Source of the DNA: Bacillota bacterium
Lineage (GTDB): Bacteria; Bacillota; Limnochordia; Darwinibacteriales; Darwinibacteriaceae
Assembly (NCBI GenBank): GCA_012799115.1
Contig: JAAZLY010000276.1
Span: 1 to 30,603 of the forward strand
DNA: 30,603 nucleotides
Reading direction: 5' to 3'
Shown: positions 13,578-22,151 of the stretch, piece after piece
Layout of the letters: every line of letters begins with the position of its first letter
How positions within the stretch are numbered: the first letter of the stretch is position 1
The notes under the pieces: model-generated
Database searches by the model: none
What the model was told of the DNA's origin: nothing
Seen by the model: the letters and a program-made list of their open reading frames with translations, nothing else
Program-made: the position numbers and the translations under genes

Positions 13578-15683
13578 CTAAAACTGCTGCTTGAACCGAT
13601 TGAGCAGATTAAGCAACCCAGGACGGCTCGGGGGAACCACCACTTCCCGCATGATTTGTACATTGGATAGACCCAAGCATTGTCCGGCCATCAGTTCCAT
13701 GCTATCTACAGGACTAAAACGCTCCGCCCAAGTCACGATCATGACACCCAACACAAAGCCTATGAAAAGGACAGAAGACCAGTTCAAATAGGGAATCCGG
13801 GATCGAGAAAGATAGTATACACTTGTGAGAATCACGCTTCCTAGCATACCTCCAAAGAGATACAAAGGATTCAAGCGGTTCAGCCACGTTTTCGGTCCTG
13901 TCCTCGCGCTTCGTTGGATGTATTTGAGTGTGCTGAAAATAGTAGCATGGTCCAAGACCAAGACAATTACAGTAAAGATAATCGAGAGGAGGCCAGCCAC
14001 AATAGAACGAACCTCTTTCAGAATCCGAAACACCTCTCCCCGGGCATCTGGAGTCACCATCCCCACGGATGTTGAGTAGGTGTGCAAGTAAGGGTTCTGC
14101 AGTTCCTCTTGGAAGAGTACTTCAACAGCCTTCTCATCAAGCTTCGATCCCTGAACGAGCAATTGGACACGTTCACCAGGAATCACCTGGCCGCCCAAGT
14201 ACGTGTTGATGAGGCGTATAGATTGACCGATTTCTGCATCGTTCAAGTTGGGAAGGGTGTCTCTAACAAAGCCGATCTGCTCCATAATGGCCGCAACATC
14301 GATTTCCTGTACATTACTTATCTGCTGACTAATCCCCGTGAGACTCTTGCGCATCTCTTCAATGTCCAGATGTTGCAGGGAGTCTAAAGACTCCTCGCCT
14401 GTATGGATCACGCCTTGGGCCAAAGTCTGAAAAAGGCCATTGAGTAGGAGAGTGACCAAGAACTCTTCCCCTGAGGACTTGGAATCACCACCTGTGATAC
14501 CTTCGTTAAGCTGGCGCATCTGGACTTGTAGTACCTCAAGTTGCATTAGGGCTTCTTGAAACGTGGTTAGTACAGCATCGGCGTTATCTACCGCCGTACT
14601 AGCCTGGACAGATAGCTCCTCGAGCTCAGCCAGAAGTCTCAGGCTTTCATCCACAGCATAGGCCAGACGGTAACGCTCGTTCTCAATTTCCACATCACCA
14701 ACAAACTCGCCCCGCTCACCTTCACCAAGATAGCGGTAACCCTTGAGTACGATCTTGTCTGTGGATTGAGTCGGTGCCCCTTCCACAATCATGCCTTCAA
14801 CAAGCTCGCCATAGACGCCGGTAACTTCTATAACTAGATCCTCTTCCAGGACGACAAGCTCCCCTACACCGAGCTGCACACCGCTCTTTGGAACAATACG
14901 CACTTGGGAGGCATAGCTTCCGAGAAAGTCGCGCATCTCTACAAGGGTCTTTAAGAAAGCATCTAGATCTTCGCCATATTGCGCGGACGTGACATTCTGA
15001 TAGAACGCATCCTGAGCCCAACCCTGGGATCGTAAGACAGCAAGAGCCTGTTCCCCCACTTCTTGCGTATCAACTTCAAATCCCATAGGAAAACGCAGTT
15101 CAACGATCTGATAGTTCTCCAAGATCTCTTCAATCTGATGCGTCGCCTGACTGATCAAGTCATCACTGGTTAGAACAACGACCAAGTTGACTCCATCCTT
15201 GACAACAAAACGAACGCCAGATAGATCTTGGATCTGCTCGGTCAAGCCTTCGCGCACTGCTGGATGTACGCCTCTGATAAGGACGCTTGGTTCCACCATT
15301 AAAGTATACCCATTAATACCTGGAACCGCGCCAAAATAGGAGGTAATACTCTCGAGTACCTCCTTATTGCGATACACTTCGGGCAACCCAAAGAAGAAGT
15401 TCGCCTGTCCAGCAATGGTTAGGGTTTGATTGAGCTTGTAGCCGGGGAATGATTCATTGCCAATACGTTCCAGCTCCCGTAACGCTGCTTCTTTGGCCTC
15501 TTCTCGAATATGCAAAATGACATCGTATTCACCGTATTCTCCAATCATTCCATCAAGGGTATCACCAAAATAGGCGTCAATGGCCCAGGCAATGCCTTGG
15601 GCGAACACGGCGCCGATCACAACGGTTATGACAAGTAAGAGTATCAGATCCTTATAAAAACCGTCTCGAAAAAAAACGAGCAT
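13578..15683 (-). CDS. Atypical ABC-associated membrane protein (701 aa) with one N-terminal TM helix, a roughly 530-aa extracytoplasmic domain, three C-terminal TM helices and a C-terminal coupling-helix-like motif
   Basis: ORF 13578..15698 trimmed to the second ATG at 15683, which has GGGAGG 7 nt upstream. The first ATG has no SD and would sit about 5 nt from the predicted TSS. TM1 is LILLLVITVVIGAVFAQGIAWAI. The C-terminal TM helices are IVAGLLSIIFTVIVLVLDHATIF, LYLFGGMLGSVILTSVYYL and VLFIGFVLGVMIVTWA. The tail ELMAGQCLGLSNVQIMREVVVPPSRPGLL is encoded at about 13581..13697. Confidence 0.7.
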   Translation of the reverse strand: MLVFFRDGFYKDLILLLVITVVIGAVFAQGIAWAIDAYFGDTLDGMIGEYGEYDVILHIREEAKEAALRELERIGNESFPGYKLNQTLTIAGQANFFFGLPEVYRNKEVLESITSYFGAVPGINGYTLMVEPSVLIRGVHPAVREGLTEQIQDLSGVRFVVKDGVNLVVVLTSDDLISQATHQIEEILENYQIVELRFPMGFEVDTQEVGEQALAVLRSQGWAQDAFYQNVTSAQYGEDLDAFLKTLVEMRDFLGSYASQVRIVPKSGVQLGVGELVVLEEDLVIEVTGVYGELVEGMIVEGAPTQSTDKIVLKGYRYLGEGERGEFVGDVEIENERYRLAYAVDESLRLLAELEELSVQASTAVDNADAVLTTFQEALMQLEVLQVQMRQLNEGITGGDSKSSGEEFLVTLLLNGLFQTLAQGVIHTGEESLDSLQHLDIEEMRKSLTGISQQISNVQEIDVAAIMEQIGFVRDTLPNLNDAEIGQSIRLINTYLGGQVIPGERVQLLVQGSKLDEKAVEVLFQEELQNPYLHTYSTSVGMVTPDARGEVFRILKEVRSIVAGLLSIIFTVIVLVLDHATIFSTLKYIQRSARTGPKTWLNRLNPLYLFGGMLGSVILTSVYYLSRSRIPYLNWSSVLFIGFVLGVMIVTWAERFSPVDSMELMAGQCLGLSNVQIMREVVVPPSRPGLLNLLNRFKQQF

Positions 15684-15709
15684 TACCCTGCCTCCCATCT
15701 AGCGGCTTC

Positions 15710-15738
15710 ATTATAACATGCCTCTAGCTGGGGTTTAA
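15710..15738 (-). promoter_or_regulatory. Candidate sigma-70/sigma-A-type promoter with a perfect extended -10, upstream of the orphan ABC pair
   Basis: The minus strand reads TTAAAC (15738-15733), a 17-nt spacer containing TGT, then TATAAT (15715-15710). TGTTATAAT matches TGnTATAAT perfectly; the -35 matches 3 of 6. The predicted TSS is near 15703, about 20 nt before ATG 15683. Confidence 0.5.
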
Positions 15739-15767
15739 GTGGTAAAGCCCGTTAATATTGTCATAAA

Positions 15768-16343
15768 TTACTGTTTGTCATCGGAATCGCTAAACTCTCC
15801 TTGGAAGGAACCAAAGAACTGAAGTTCACTCTTTTCCAAGAGCATCAAAAACTTCTCACCCTCTAATACACCATCGGAGAAGACTACCCTGACGTTACCT
15901 GTGAAGATCGCTTCATCGGTCTCTTCATCATAATCCAGTTGATCGGCATACACGGTGGAATCCTCCGTGATCACAACTACCTTACCTGTGGATTTCAGCT
16001 TCTTGGCTTCGCCAAAATACTCAATCTGCTCACCGGTCAACTCAAAGTCAGCTTGGGTAAGTTTCGCGTCCACAGTAAAGACTAAATAATCGTCGTCGGT
16101 ACGCCATTCCATGGTCTTCCCCAGGATCTTCACATCTTCCAGCTTCACGGTGATTAAGGCACCCTCGATCTCCGTCACATCGGCAGAAAACACTCCTGCT
16201 TCGCGATCATACCGTCCGGCTGCAACATCCGTGGGAACCCCGGTGATTTCCAATGTACCAACAGTTCCTTGGGCATAAACTAGACCCATACCGCATCCGA
16301 GCACTACTGCGACAACTAAAAGGCTCGTCAATCCTCTCTTCAT
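15768..16343 (-). CDS. lptA: LptA-like periplasmic LPS-transport protein (OstA N-terminal-type beta-jellyroll)
   Basis: 191 aa with the signal sequence MKRGLTSLLVVAVVLGCGMGLVYA|QG. Strand-rich sequence includes ADQLDYDEETDEAIFTGNVRVVFSDGVLEGEKF. The start shares an ATGA overlap with the stop of the lptC-like gene, and it sits in lptD-lptC-lptA order. Confidence 0.6.
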   Translation of the reverse strand: MKRGLTSLLVVAVVLGCGMGLVYAQGTVGTLEITGVPTDVAAGRYDREAGVFSADVTEIEGALITVKLEDVKILGKTMEWRTDDDYLVFTVDAKLTQADFELTGEQIEYFGEAKKLKSTGKVVVITEDSTVYADQLDYDEETDEAIFTGNVRVVFSDGVLEGEKFLMLLEKSELQFFGSFQGEFSDSDDKQ

Positions 16344-16972
16344 TCATTAGCCCCCTCTTCTAACACCAAACTCCCATAAAAGTCCATTCTCTCGTGATCA
16401 AGATCATACACTGCACTATCGGTGCGCCAGATCATGGACCCATCACGAATCTGCACATCGTCTCGTAAATAGAGCAGGTTTTCCCTTGACTCCAATATCA
16501 TTTCGGTTGCGTTAATCTCCAAGCCTTCCCACACGATGAACACAGGGCCGGGGGAGGTTAGCGTCTCCTTGTTCCCATCCCAGATCAAGACATCACTTTC
16601 CAGGTAAAAGCCTTCATCCCTGTCCCATACAATGGACTCGTGGAGATGCAAGATATCTTGTTTGCGGTCCCAGATAGCAGTCTGGGCATCCAAGAACAGA
16701 TATTCCTCCTCGTCTTGGAACATTGTGATTTCATCAAGATCTGTCAGTGTAACCAAGTCTCCTGTCTGCAATACAGATTGAGCCCAGATCTCCCATTGGC
16801 GAAAACCGTCCTTGCGGCCAACGAGCCTAGATTCCAGAAGTTGCACGCTTGGGGGTACGCTCACTGCCGGCGGAGGAGGTTCTACGAAGAAACGAAAGGC
16901 TAGGACAAGAGCTATGATCAAGACTACCAGGATAACAATGACTCTCTTCACCCAGGGATGCAGCTTGATCAC
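16340..16972 (-). CDS. lptC: LptC-like inner-membrane-anchored LPS-transport protein
   Basis: 210 aa with a single N-terminal TM helix (VIVILVVLIIALVLAFRFF), followed by beta-rich sequence (HLHESIVWDRDEGFYLESDVLIWDGNKETL...LYLRDDVQIRDGSMIWRTDSAVYDL). The GTG start overlaps the lptD stop (GTGA). Confidence 0.55.
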   Translation of the reverse strand: MIKLHPWVKRVIVILVVLIIALVLAFRFFVEPPPPAVSVPPSVQLLESRLVGRKDGFRQWEIWAQSVLQTGDLVTLTDLDEITMFQDEEEYLFLDAQTAIWDRKQDILHLHESIVWDRDEGFYLESDVLIWDGNKETLTSPGPVFIVWEGLEINATEMILESRENLLYLRDDVQIRDGSMIWRTDSAVYDLDHERMDFYGSLVLEEGANE

Positions 16973-19128
16973 TCCTTCACGCCAATAATGTCTGAAACCT
17001 CTTCTAGATCAAAGAGGCTGAGCCCGCCTTGTGAATCCCAGCCAATAGGCAAGGTTGGGAAAGCGTTGATGGTCAATTGTAGAGCTACACTCTTGGAGAC
17101 AAAGTCGTAGGATAGACTGAGTTCACGGCAGTGTAGGTCTTTAGACACCATCACCGTTCCCTTACTAAAGGCTGCCTTGGGAGGTTCGTAAATGGCATCA
17201 TACTTCACCGCCCAGGTTTCTCCAACGGGCAGAGAGATGCGGGCGTCGACACGCTCAAGGACTCTGCTCTGCACCTGATATCGTCCCCCGACCTTCAAGG
17301 CTAGATCATCCTTCTTATACTCTATCATGGGTACAATCTGCATTAGGTTTTTGGAATTCAAGTTGTAGCTCATCGTAGTACTCAGGTTCCAGGAGCGATT
17401 CGGTTGCCAATAACTTTGCAGAGTCAGGGTACCAAACTGCTTGGTCAAGAAATTATAACTCGTTCCAGCTACAACCCTCCAAGGGGATGCGGTGTAGTTC
17501 AGCCTGAGATCGATAGTCTGAAGCGGATTTTGTCTGTCGAAACGAAAGGGAGTTGTCCCCCACACATCTCTACGGCTATAGGTCGCTGTAGCCTGCAGGC
17601 TATTTGTGAATCGCTGATTCAGGACAAGTCTGCCATAGGTCCAAGTTTGTCTCTGACCATCGGAATAGGATGCTGTAGCTGCATGACCTTGTACGCTCGC
17701 CGTTGTCTTGGTCGTCGGTCTCCAGATCTTTTGGCCCAGAGCAAGCTGGCCGTAGACTCTGTTCATCGTAACGGTAGAAGGTCGTTCGCCGTAATGTCCC
17801 ACCACGACCTGTGAACGGAGGGGTAGGTTCTTGAAGCCTAGATCGCTCACATCCCACTTCAGTTCAGGTATTCGCTGAACACTTCGCCAAGGCGGAATCT
17901 CGCCTTCGAGCAAATCCGGATTGTATTGCTGTTGTGCCGCTAGCGTTACGGTATGCTTTCCACGCCGATAGATGGTTTCGGCCAAGTAGTCAATCACTCG
18001 CAAGCCCTCTTCGTCCCTTATCTGCTCAACTTGGGATCCTTTCAGGTTGAGGCGCCACTGGTCTGTGAAATCTTGCGTCCACCTCAGCCCGACCTCCTCA
18101 CGCTCACTTGTGCTAGCCTTTGCGTTTTTCGTATACTTATACCAAGCCTCCCCACTTCCCTTCTCCAAGGTCAGCGTGAGGCGGTTATCCGTTTTTAGTT
18201 CGTGTTTGATCCACGAGTTCTCATAATCTGTCGCTGTAGTAAGACCCCAGTTACCTCTGGCCCAATCGTGGGCGAAGGAACTCTTAAGCACAGGGCTATC
18301 GCTCGTTGGGATCCCATAGAGATACATCGAACCCTTCCCGAGCTTCCCCAAGTCGTAGAAATGGCGTGCACCGATACCCACGCCCAGGCGTGTAAACAGG
18401 TCGACATAGAGATGTCCATATGCTTTGGAGTTAAAGTGGTAGTTGAAGGTGTTTTTCATGTAATACCCTTCCACTTCACTGAAACCGAAGACCGGCAAGG
18501 TGAAGGCACTCCAATCATCCAAATCTAAGGGAATAACCAAGTAAGGCCAGTAAAAGAGGGGTACGGTTCCCTCATAATAAGTGACACCCCGGATAATTAC
18601 CTTGTCACCTGGATAGTATTCAAGTTCTTTGGTAGCCAAATGGAAGTGGCTGTCTTCGAGATCACAGGTGGTAAAGGTTGCGCTACTCACCAGATACTGC
18701 TCATCCTCGATACGGACAGTCTCGCCTGAGATAAAGATTGTACCGTTGTCTTCTGTCACCGCTATTTCCGTTCTGGCATTCTCCAAGCTACCCTCGCCAG
18801 TCTCAACATTGAAAACAAGACTGTCTCCTTGCAATTCTTGTTCTGCTTGACTAAGCCTAACATTGCCCTGGACGAAGACGTCTCCACTGGCCAGATCCAT
18901 CGTGAGCATGTCTCCCTGCAAGGTCAGATCGCCAGAGGTAACAACCACTTCTCCCCGGGCCACAAAGACTTGCTTGTCCCAGTCGTAGGATCCAGACTCG
19001 GTCGCGACAATGCGCACCCCTTCCTCTGTCCCTTGCTCAGCAGCTCGTGCTTGACAAGTAACCAAGACAAATGCTAGGGTGCAAAGTATCCACAAGATGA
19101 GCTGGATACGACGCTTGTGCCAGACCAT
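16969..19128 (-). CDS. lptD: LPS-assembly outer-membrane protein LptD (OstA N-terminal domain plus a large beta-barrel)
   Basis: 719 aa with the signal peptide MVWHKRRIQLILWILCTLAFVLVTCQARA. OstA-like region VFVARGEVVVTSGDLTLQGDMLTMDLASGDVFVQGNVRL..LQGDSLVFNVETGEG. LptD hallmark FTTCDLEDSHFHLATKELEYYPGDKVIIRGVTYYEGTVPLFYWPYLVIPLD. A long beta-strand-rich C-terminal region follows. GGGAGAG lies upstream of the ATG. Confidence 0.8.
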   Translation of the reverse strand: MVWHKRRIQLILWILCTLAFVLVTCQARAAEQGTEEGVRIVATESGSYDWDKQVFVARGEVVVTSGDLTLQGDMLTMDLASGDVFVQGNVRLSQAEQELQGDSLVFNVETGEGSLENARTEIAVTEDNGTIFISGETVRIEDEQYLVSSATFTTCDLEDSHFHLATKELEYYPGDKVIIRGVTYYEGTVPLFYWPYLVIPLDLDDWSAFTLPVFGFSEVEGYYMKNTFNYHFNSKAYGHLYVDLFTRLGVGIGARHFYDLGKLGKGSMYLYGIPTSDSPVLKSSFAHDWARGNWGLTTATDYENSWIKHELKTDNRLTLTLEKGSGEAWYKYTKNAKASTSEREEVGLRWTQDFTDQWRLNLKGSQVEQIRDEEGLRVIDYLAETIYRRGKHTVTLAAQQQYNPDLLEGEIPPWRSVQRIPELKWDVSDLGFKNLPLRSQVVVGHYGERPSTVTMNRVYGQLALGQKIWRPTTKTTASVQGHAATASYSDGQRQTWTYGRLVLNQRFTNSLQATATYSRRDVWGTTPFRFDRQNPLQTIDLRLNYTASPWRVVAGTSYNFLTKQFGTLTLQSYWQPNRSWNLSTTMSYNLNSKNLMQIVPMIEYKKDDLALKVGGRYQVQSRVLERVDARISLPVGETWAVKYDAIYEPPKAAFSKGTVMVSKDLHCRELSLSYDFVSKSVALQLTINAFPTLPIGWDSQGGLSLFDLEEVSDIIGVKE

Positions 19129-19143
19129 ACGATCTCTCCCATC

Positions 19144-20220
19144 CTAACGTAACCGGTCCGATCGAACCAAGAAAACGAAACCGACCACTGCGAACAACGC
19201 ATTAACTAACCAAGCCGCCACGATTGGTGGCAACACTTCATTCACACCAAGGGAACGCGAAACGGATACTGCTACATAGTAAACAAGCAAGATGACCAGA
19301 CTGATGATGACGCCATAGGAACGCCCTCCCTTGCCCAAAAGGGCTAAAGGCGCTGCAAAGAGAACAAAGACAAAGGATGCCAGAGGACTGGCCAGTTTCA
19401 TGTGATAATCGACAACTAGTGAACGCACTTTGAGTCCACCCCGTTGAAAGCGTTCGATATACTCCGCTAGCTCTTTGCTACTCATTTCATCAACCGTGCG
19501 TTGGTTCCCGAGATAGACCTCTCCCTCTTGTTCGGTGACGATCTCCATTCGTTGAAAGCGACTCTCGAACTGAACAAAGCCCTCTTCATCGAGCTCCTGA
19601 TAGACTCCGTCAAACAGCACCCAGGTGTGATCCTGGAAAATTCCCGTCTTTGCACTCGTGATACTAGGGAAGTTCCTGTCGTCGAGTTCATAGACGAGAA
19701 CTTTCTTAAGTTCATTGGTCTTGGTCACAACCTCACCAATGTAGAAATAGCGATCTTCGCCTCCGTGGAAGAAGACATTCTCCTCGACGACGGGCACACC
19801 TTCGGAAAAGATGATCTGCCGAAGGATATTTTCAAACTTCTGGTTGGAACGGGGAACCACTTCCTCCGATGCCCAAAAGGTAAGTGCACTGATTACAATC
19901 CCCAACACCAAGACCGGCGCGATCAAGCGGGGAAAGGAGATACCACTTCCTCTCAGGACGGTCATTTCGTTATCCTGAACCAAACGTCCAATAGCCAAGA
20001 GCGTTGAAAACAAACTCGCAATGGGCAAAGTCATAACGGCAGTCGCTGGAATTCGGTAGAGTAGCATTTTCCCCACTGTGAAAACGGCAACTTCATTGAC
20101 AAAAATCAAATCGGTCAGCTGAAACAGCAGACCGCTGAGGAGGACCACGGTAAAGCCCGAAACGCAAAACAAAAAGGGCCCGGTAAACTCACGGACTAAG
20201 TATCGATCAAAAAGCTTCAT
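19144..20220 (-). CDS. LptF/LptG-family (YjgP/YjgQ) LPS export permease; the only copy in this window
   Basis: 358 aa. The family-typical N-terminus is MKLFDRYLVREFTGPFLFCVSGFTVVLL. There are three TM helices, then a roughly 130-aa periplasmic beta-jellyroll-like insert, then three C-terminal TM helices. Confidence 0.82.
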   Translation of the reverse strand: MKLFDRYLVREFTGPFLFCVSGFTVVLLSGLLFQLTDLIFVNEVAVFTVGKMLLYRIPATAVMTLPIASLFSTLLAIGRLVQDNEMTVLRGSGISFPRLIAPVLVLGIVISALTFWASEEVVPRSNQKFENILRQIIFSEGVPVVEENVFFHGGEDRYFYIGEVVTKTNELKKVLVYELDDRNFPSITSAKTGIFQDHTWVLFDGVYQELDEEGFVQFESRFQRMEIVTEQEGEVYLGNQRTVDEMSSKELAEYIERFQRGGLKVRSLVVDYHMKLASPLASFVFVLFAAPLALLGKGGRSYGVIISLVILLVYYVAVSVSRSLGVNEVLPPIVAAWLVNALFAVVGFVFLVRSDRLR

Positions 20221-20237
20221 CTGGCCTTCACCTCACC

Positions 20238-20834
20238 CTAAAAAACCGCCTTATAACTCAAGCCGAAGCTTGCGCCATCTGAAGACACAGCTAGACTGGC
20301 CTTCAGCTCTGGACTAAACTGAGCAACAACTCCTCCACTAATGCCCTGACCATCATACTCGGCAAACACGGAAGTTGTCGGCACATCCTTCACCTTCACC
20401 GGATTAAGCATGTAGATAACCCCTGCCATGCCCCGGGAATAGCGCCCGAGCCCGAAGGCTAGATGTCCTCTGAGACCAGGTATGCCCAATTGCTTTGACA
20501 ACACCGCGTATACGTGCTGCCTGCTTAGTGACAGCTCACCGCCAAGGGCAAGGCCAGGGAGCGATTGGGTTTCTTCAACTAGCGCTGCCCTAAGGGTTAC
20601 ATAAAGTTGACGGTCATCGCCAAAACCCTGCCGTAGACCGCCGCTTAGACCAGGATAAAAGCCAAACTGGGCTCCCAGTGAGCTTCTACCCCGATGGTGG
20701 ATGAAGTCAAGTTCCAAGACATTATTGGAGACATCAGCAGTGGGTACGCTGAGAATCCGGGAGGCAAATACTGGATTCACCGACGTGACAAAAAGTATGA
20801 ACAAAGCCACCAATGCATACGAGATTTTCCTCAC
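20238..20834 (-). CDS. Small putative outer-membrane beta-barrel protein (198 aa), family not recognised
   Basis: GTG start with GGGAGG 8 nt upstream. Signal peptide MRKISYALVALFILFVTSVNPVFA|SR. Gly-rich alternating strands (GAQFGFYPGLSGGLRQGFG, LALGGELSL, HLAFGLGRY, GGVVAQFSP). OMP-type C-terminus FGLSYKAVF. The stop lies 17 nt upstream of the lptF/G start. Confidence 0.55.
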   Translation of the reverse strand: MRKISYALVALFILFVTSVNPVFASRILSVPTADVSNNVLELDFIHHRGRSSLGAQFGFYPGLSGGLRQGFGDDRQLYVTLRAALVEETQSLPGLALGGELSLSRQHVYAVLSKQLGIPGLRGHLAFGLGRYSRGMAGVIYMLNPVKVKDVPTTSVFAEYDGQGISGGVVAQFSPELKASLAVSSDGASFGLSYKAVF

Positions 20835-20924
20835 AAGTGTGACCTCCCTTCTGTTTCATTTGGCTAATTATTCTCTTTCGCCAAGCGATTACCTGCCAAA
20901 ACACGATGGGAGTTAGTGGATTTG

Positions 20925-20949
20925 AAAAAAGGGCCCCTTTGGGAACCCC
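20925..20949 (-). terminator. Possible weak intrinsic terminator after the skp-like gene
   Basis: Minus-strand RNA after the UAG stop reads GGGGUUCCCAAAGGGGCCC followed by UUUUUU. This can fold as interrupted GC stems (GGG..CCC enclosing CCC-AAA-GGG) ahead of a U6 tract. The structure is imperfect. Confidence 0.4.
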
Positions 20950-21369
20950 CTAGTCTAGCCCTTTAATCACTTCATCCGTCAAGTCTTGCCCGCCATAGCG
21001 CACTACATCTTCATCCAGTACCAACGTTACCTTCTTTCCCTTGGCAACCTCGGCAATCACACCATCCACTTCACGTTGGAACTGCGTCTCTAGCTCCAGA
21101 CGATAGGACAGGTACTCAGCGTAAGCGGCTCTTTCACGGTCAGGACGGTCAAGATCTTCCTCATCTGGTTCTGACGCTAAGTCAAAACGAGTGATCAGTT
21201 CATTGTAACGATCGCTCAGCATCTGGTTCAGCTGCTGGGCACGGGCACTTTCTTCCACAATTCTGGCAAGATTCACTGTGCCTATCTGTTCGCCTCCAGC
21301 ACTAAACATCAAGGCCCAAATTAGGGCAATCGCAAGTAGACCAGCTAAGCCCCAAGGTAGATACTTCAC
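20950..21369 (-). CDS. skp: Skp/OmpH-like periplasmic chaperone
   Basis: 139 aa. GTG start with AAGGTGGTGA 7 nt upstream. An N-terminal hydrophobic signal/anchor is followed by IGTVNLARIVEESARAQQLNQMLSDRYNEL, a helical arm region, and the C-terminal strand KVTLVLDEDVVRYGG.DLTDEVIKGL. It is positioned downstream of bamA. Confidence 0.65.
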   Translation of the reverse strand: MKYLPWGLAGLLAIALIWALMFSAGGEQIGTVNLARIVEESARAQQLNQMLSDRYNELITRFDLASEPDEEDLDRPDRERAAYAEYLSYRLELETQFQREVDGVIAEVAKGKKVTLVLDEDVVRYGGQDLTDEVIKGLD

Positions 21370-21398
21370 TAGTTCTCACCACCTTACTGCAGTTAGTA

Positions 21399-22040
21399 TC
21401 ACCGATTTGCCATGGCACTACGCGATGGCGGGGCTAGTTTTGCGACTTCTTCCTCAAGCTCTTGCATAAGGCCGAGGCGAAAGGCTGCTAACTCATCATC
21501 CATGGCCCGTTCCACTTCTGCCCTTACGAGGGCCATCTCCCCTTGGCTACGTTCTTCGTAAGCAGCTTCCAGTTCGAGCAACTGTTCATGGAGCTCTTCC
21601 TCTAGATCACTTCGTACACTCGCTAGCTGGTCTTGCAGCTGAGCAATGACCTTGAAACGAGCTGTTTGCTCCCTCTCATCTAGAGTGACAAACATGAGCT
21701 TCAGTTGTTCCTGGAGTATGGCATCATTCAGATCCGCCTGAAGTTCATGGAGTTTTTCTTCGGTTTGAGCCTTGAGTGCCTTGGCCTCATTGTATAACTC
21801 CTGCATGTGGGCACGGCGAAGTTGACCAATCCGATCAGCTAGAAGATCGTCCCCGGCTTGCTGGAGTGTATGGGTAAACTGTTCTAGTTCGACCTCTTGC
21901 TCTGCCAAGAGATGTTCTATGGACATCGTCCAGTCAGGCTTAGCTGCCCTGCTTTGTTCGGTCTGAATAAGAGACCCAGAAAGAAGAATCAACACTAAGC
22001 CAAGGACAAGTAACCGAGCTGTATCACGCATTTTTCTCAT
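21399..22040 (-). CDS. Secreted coiled-coil protein (213 aa), possibly a second divergent Skp/OmpH-like protein
   Basis: ORF 21399..22091 trimmed to ATG 22040 (GAAGAGG adjacent). Signal peptide MRKMRDTARLLVLGLVLILLSGSLIQTEQSRA. The remainder is almost entirely heptad-like and E/L/Q-rich helix. It sits between the bamA terminator and skp. Confidence 0.45.
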   Translation of the reverse strand: MRKMRDTARLLVLGLVLILLSGSLIQTEQSRAAKPDWTMSIEHLLAEQEVELEQFTHTLQQAGDDLLADRIGQLRRAHMQELYNEAKALKAQTEEKLHELQADLNDAILQEQLKLMFVTLDEREQTARFKVIAQLQDQLASVRSDLEEELHEQLLELEAAYEERSQGEMALVRAEVERAMDDELAAFRLGLMQELEEEVAKLAPPSRSAMANR

Positions 22041-22095
22041 CCTCTTCGTTCCTTCAGGCCTATTATAGCAATGGTAGTTATCCTGGCACAAACGT

Positions 22096-22139
22096 AAAAA
22101 AAACCAGCGGCTACACTGTTTTCCAGTGTGCCGCTGGTT
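22096..22139 (-). terminator. Strong Rho-independent terminator downstream of bamA
   Basis: Minus-strand RNA reads AACCAGCGGCACACUG-GAAAA-CAGUGUAGCCGCUGGUU followed by U8. That is 16 bp with one bulged A and a 5-nt loop. It starts about 12 nt after the bamA stop (22152). Confidence 0.9.
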
Positions 22140-22151
22140 CGAGGTCCGTTT

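Noticed and set aside
16290-16343. LptA-like N-terminus AVVLGC fits the PROSITE-style lipobox pattern, which would suggest a lipoprotein.
   Set aside because: The hydrophobic core continues past the Cys (GMGLVYA), and a good signal-peptidase-I site (VYA|QG) follows. The call is ambiguous by eye, so I make no lipoprotein claim.
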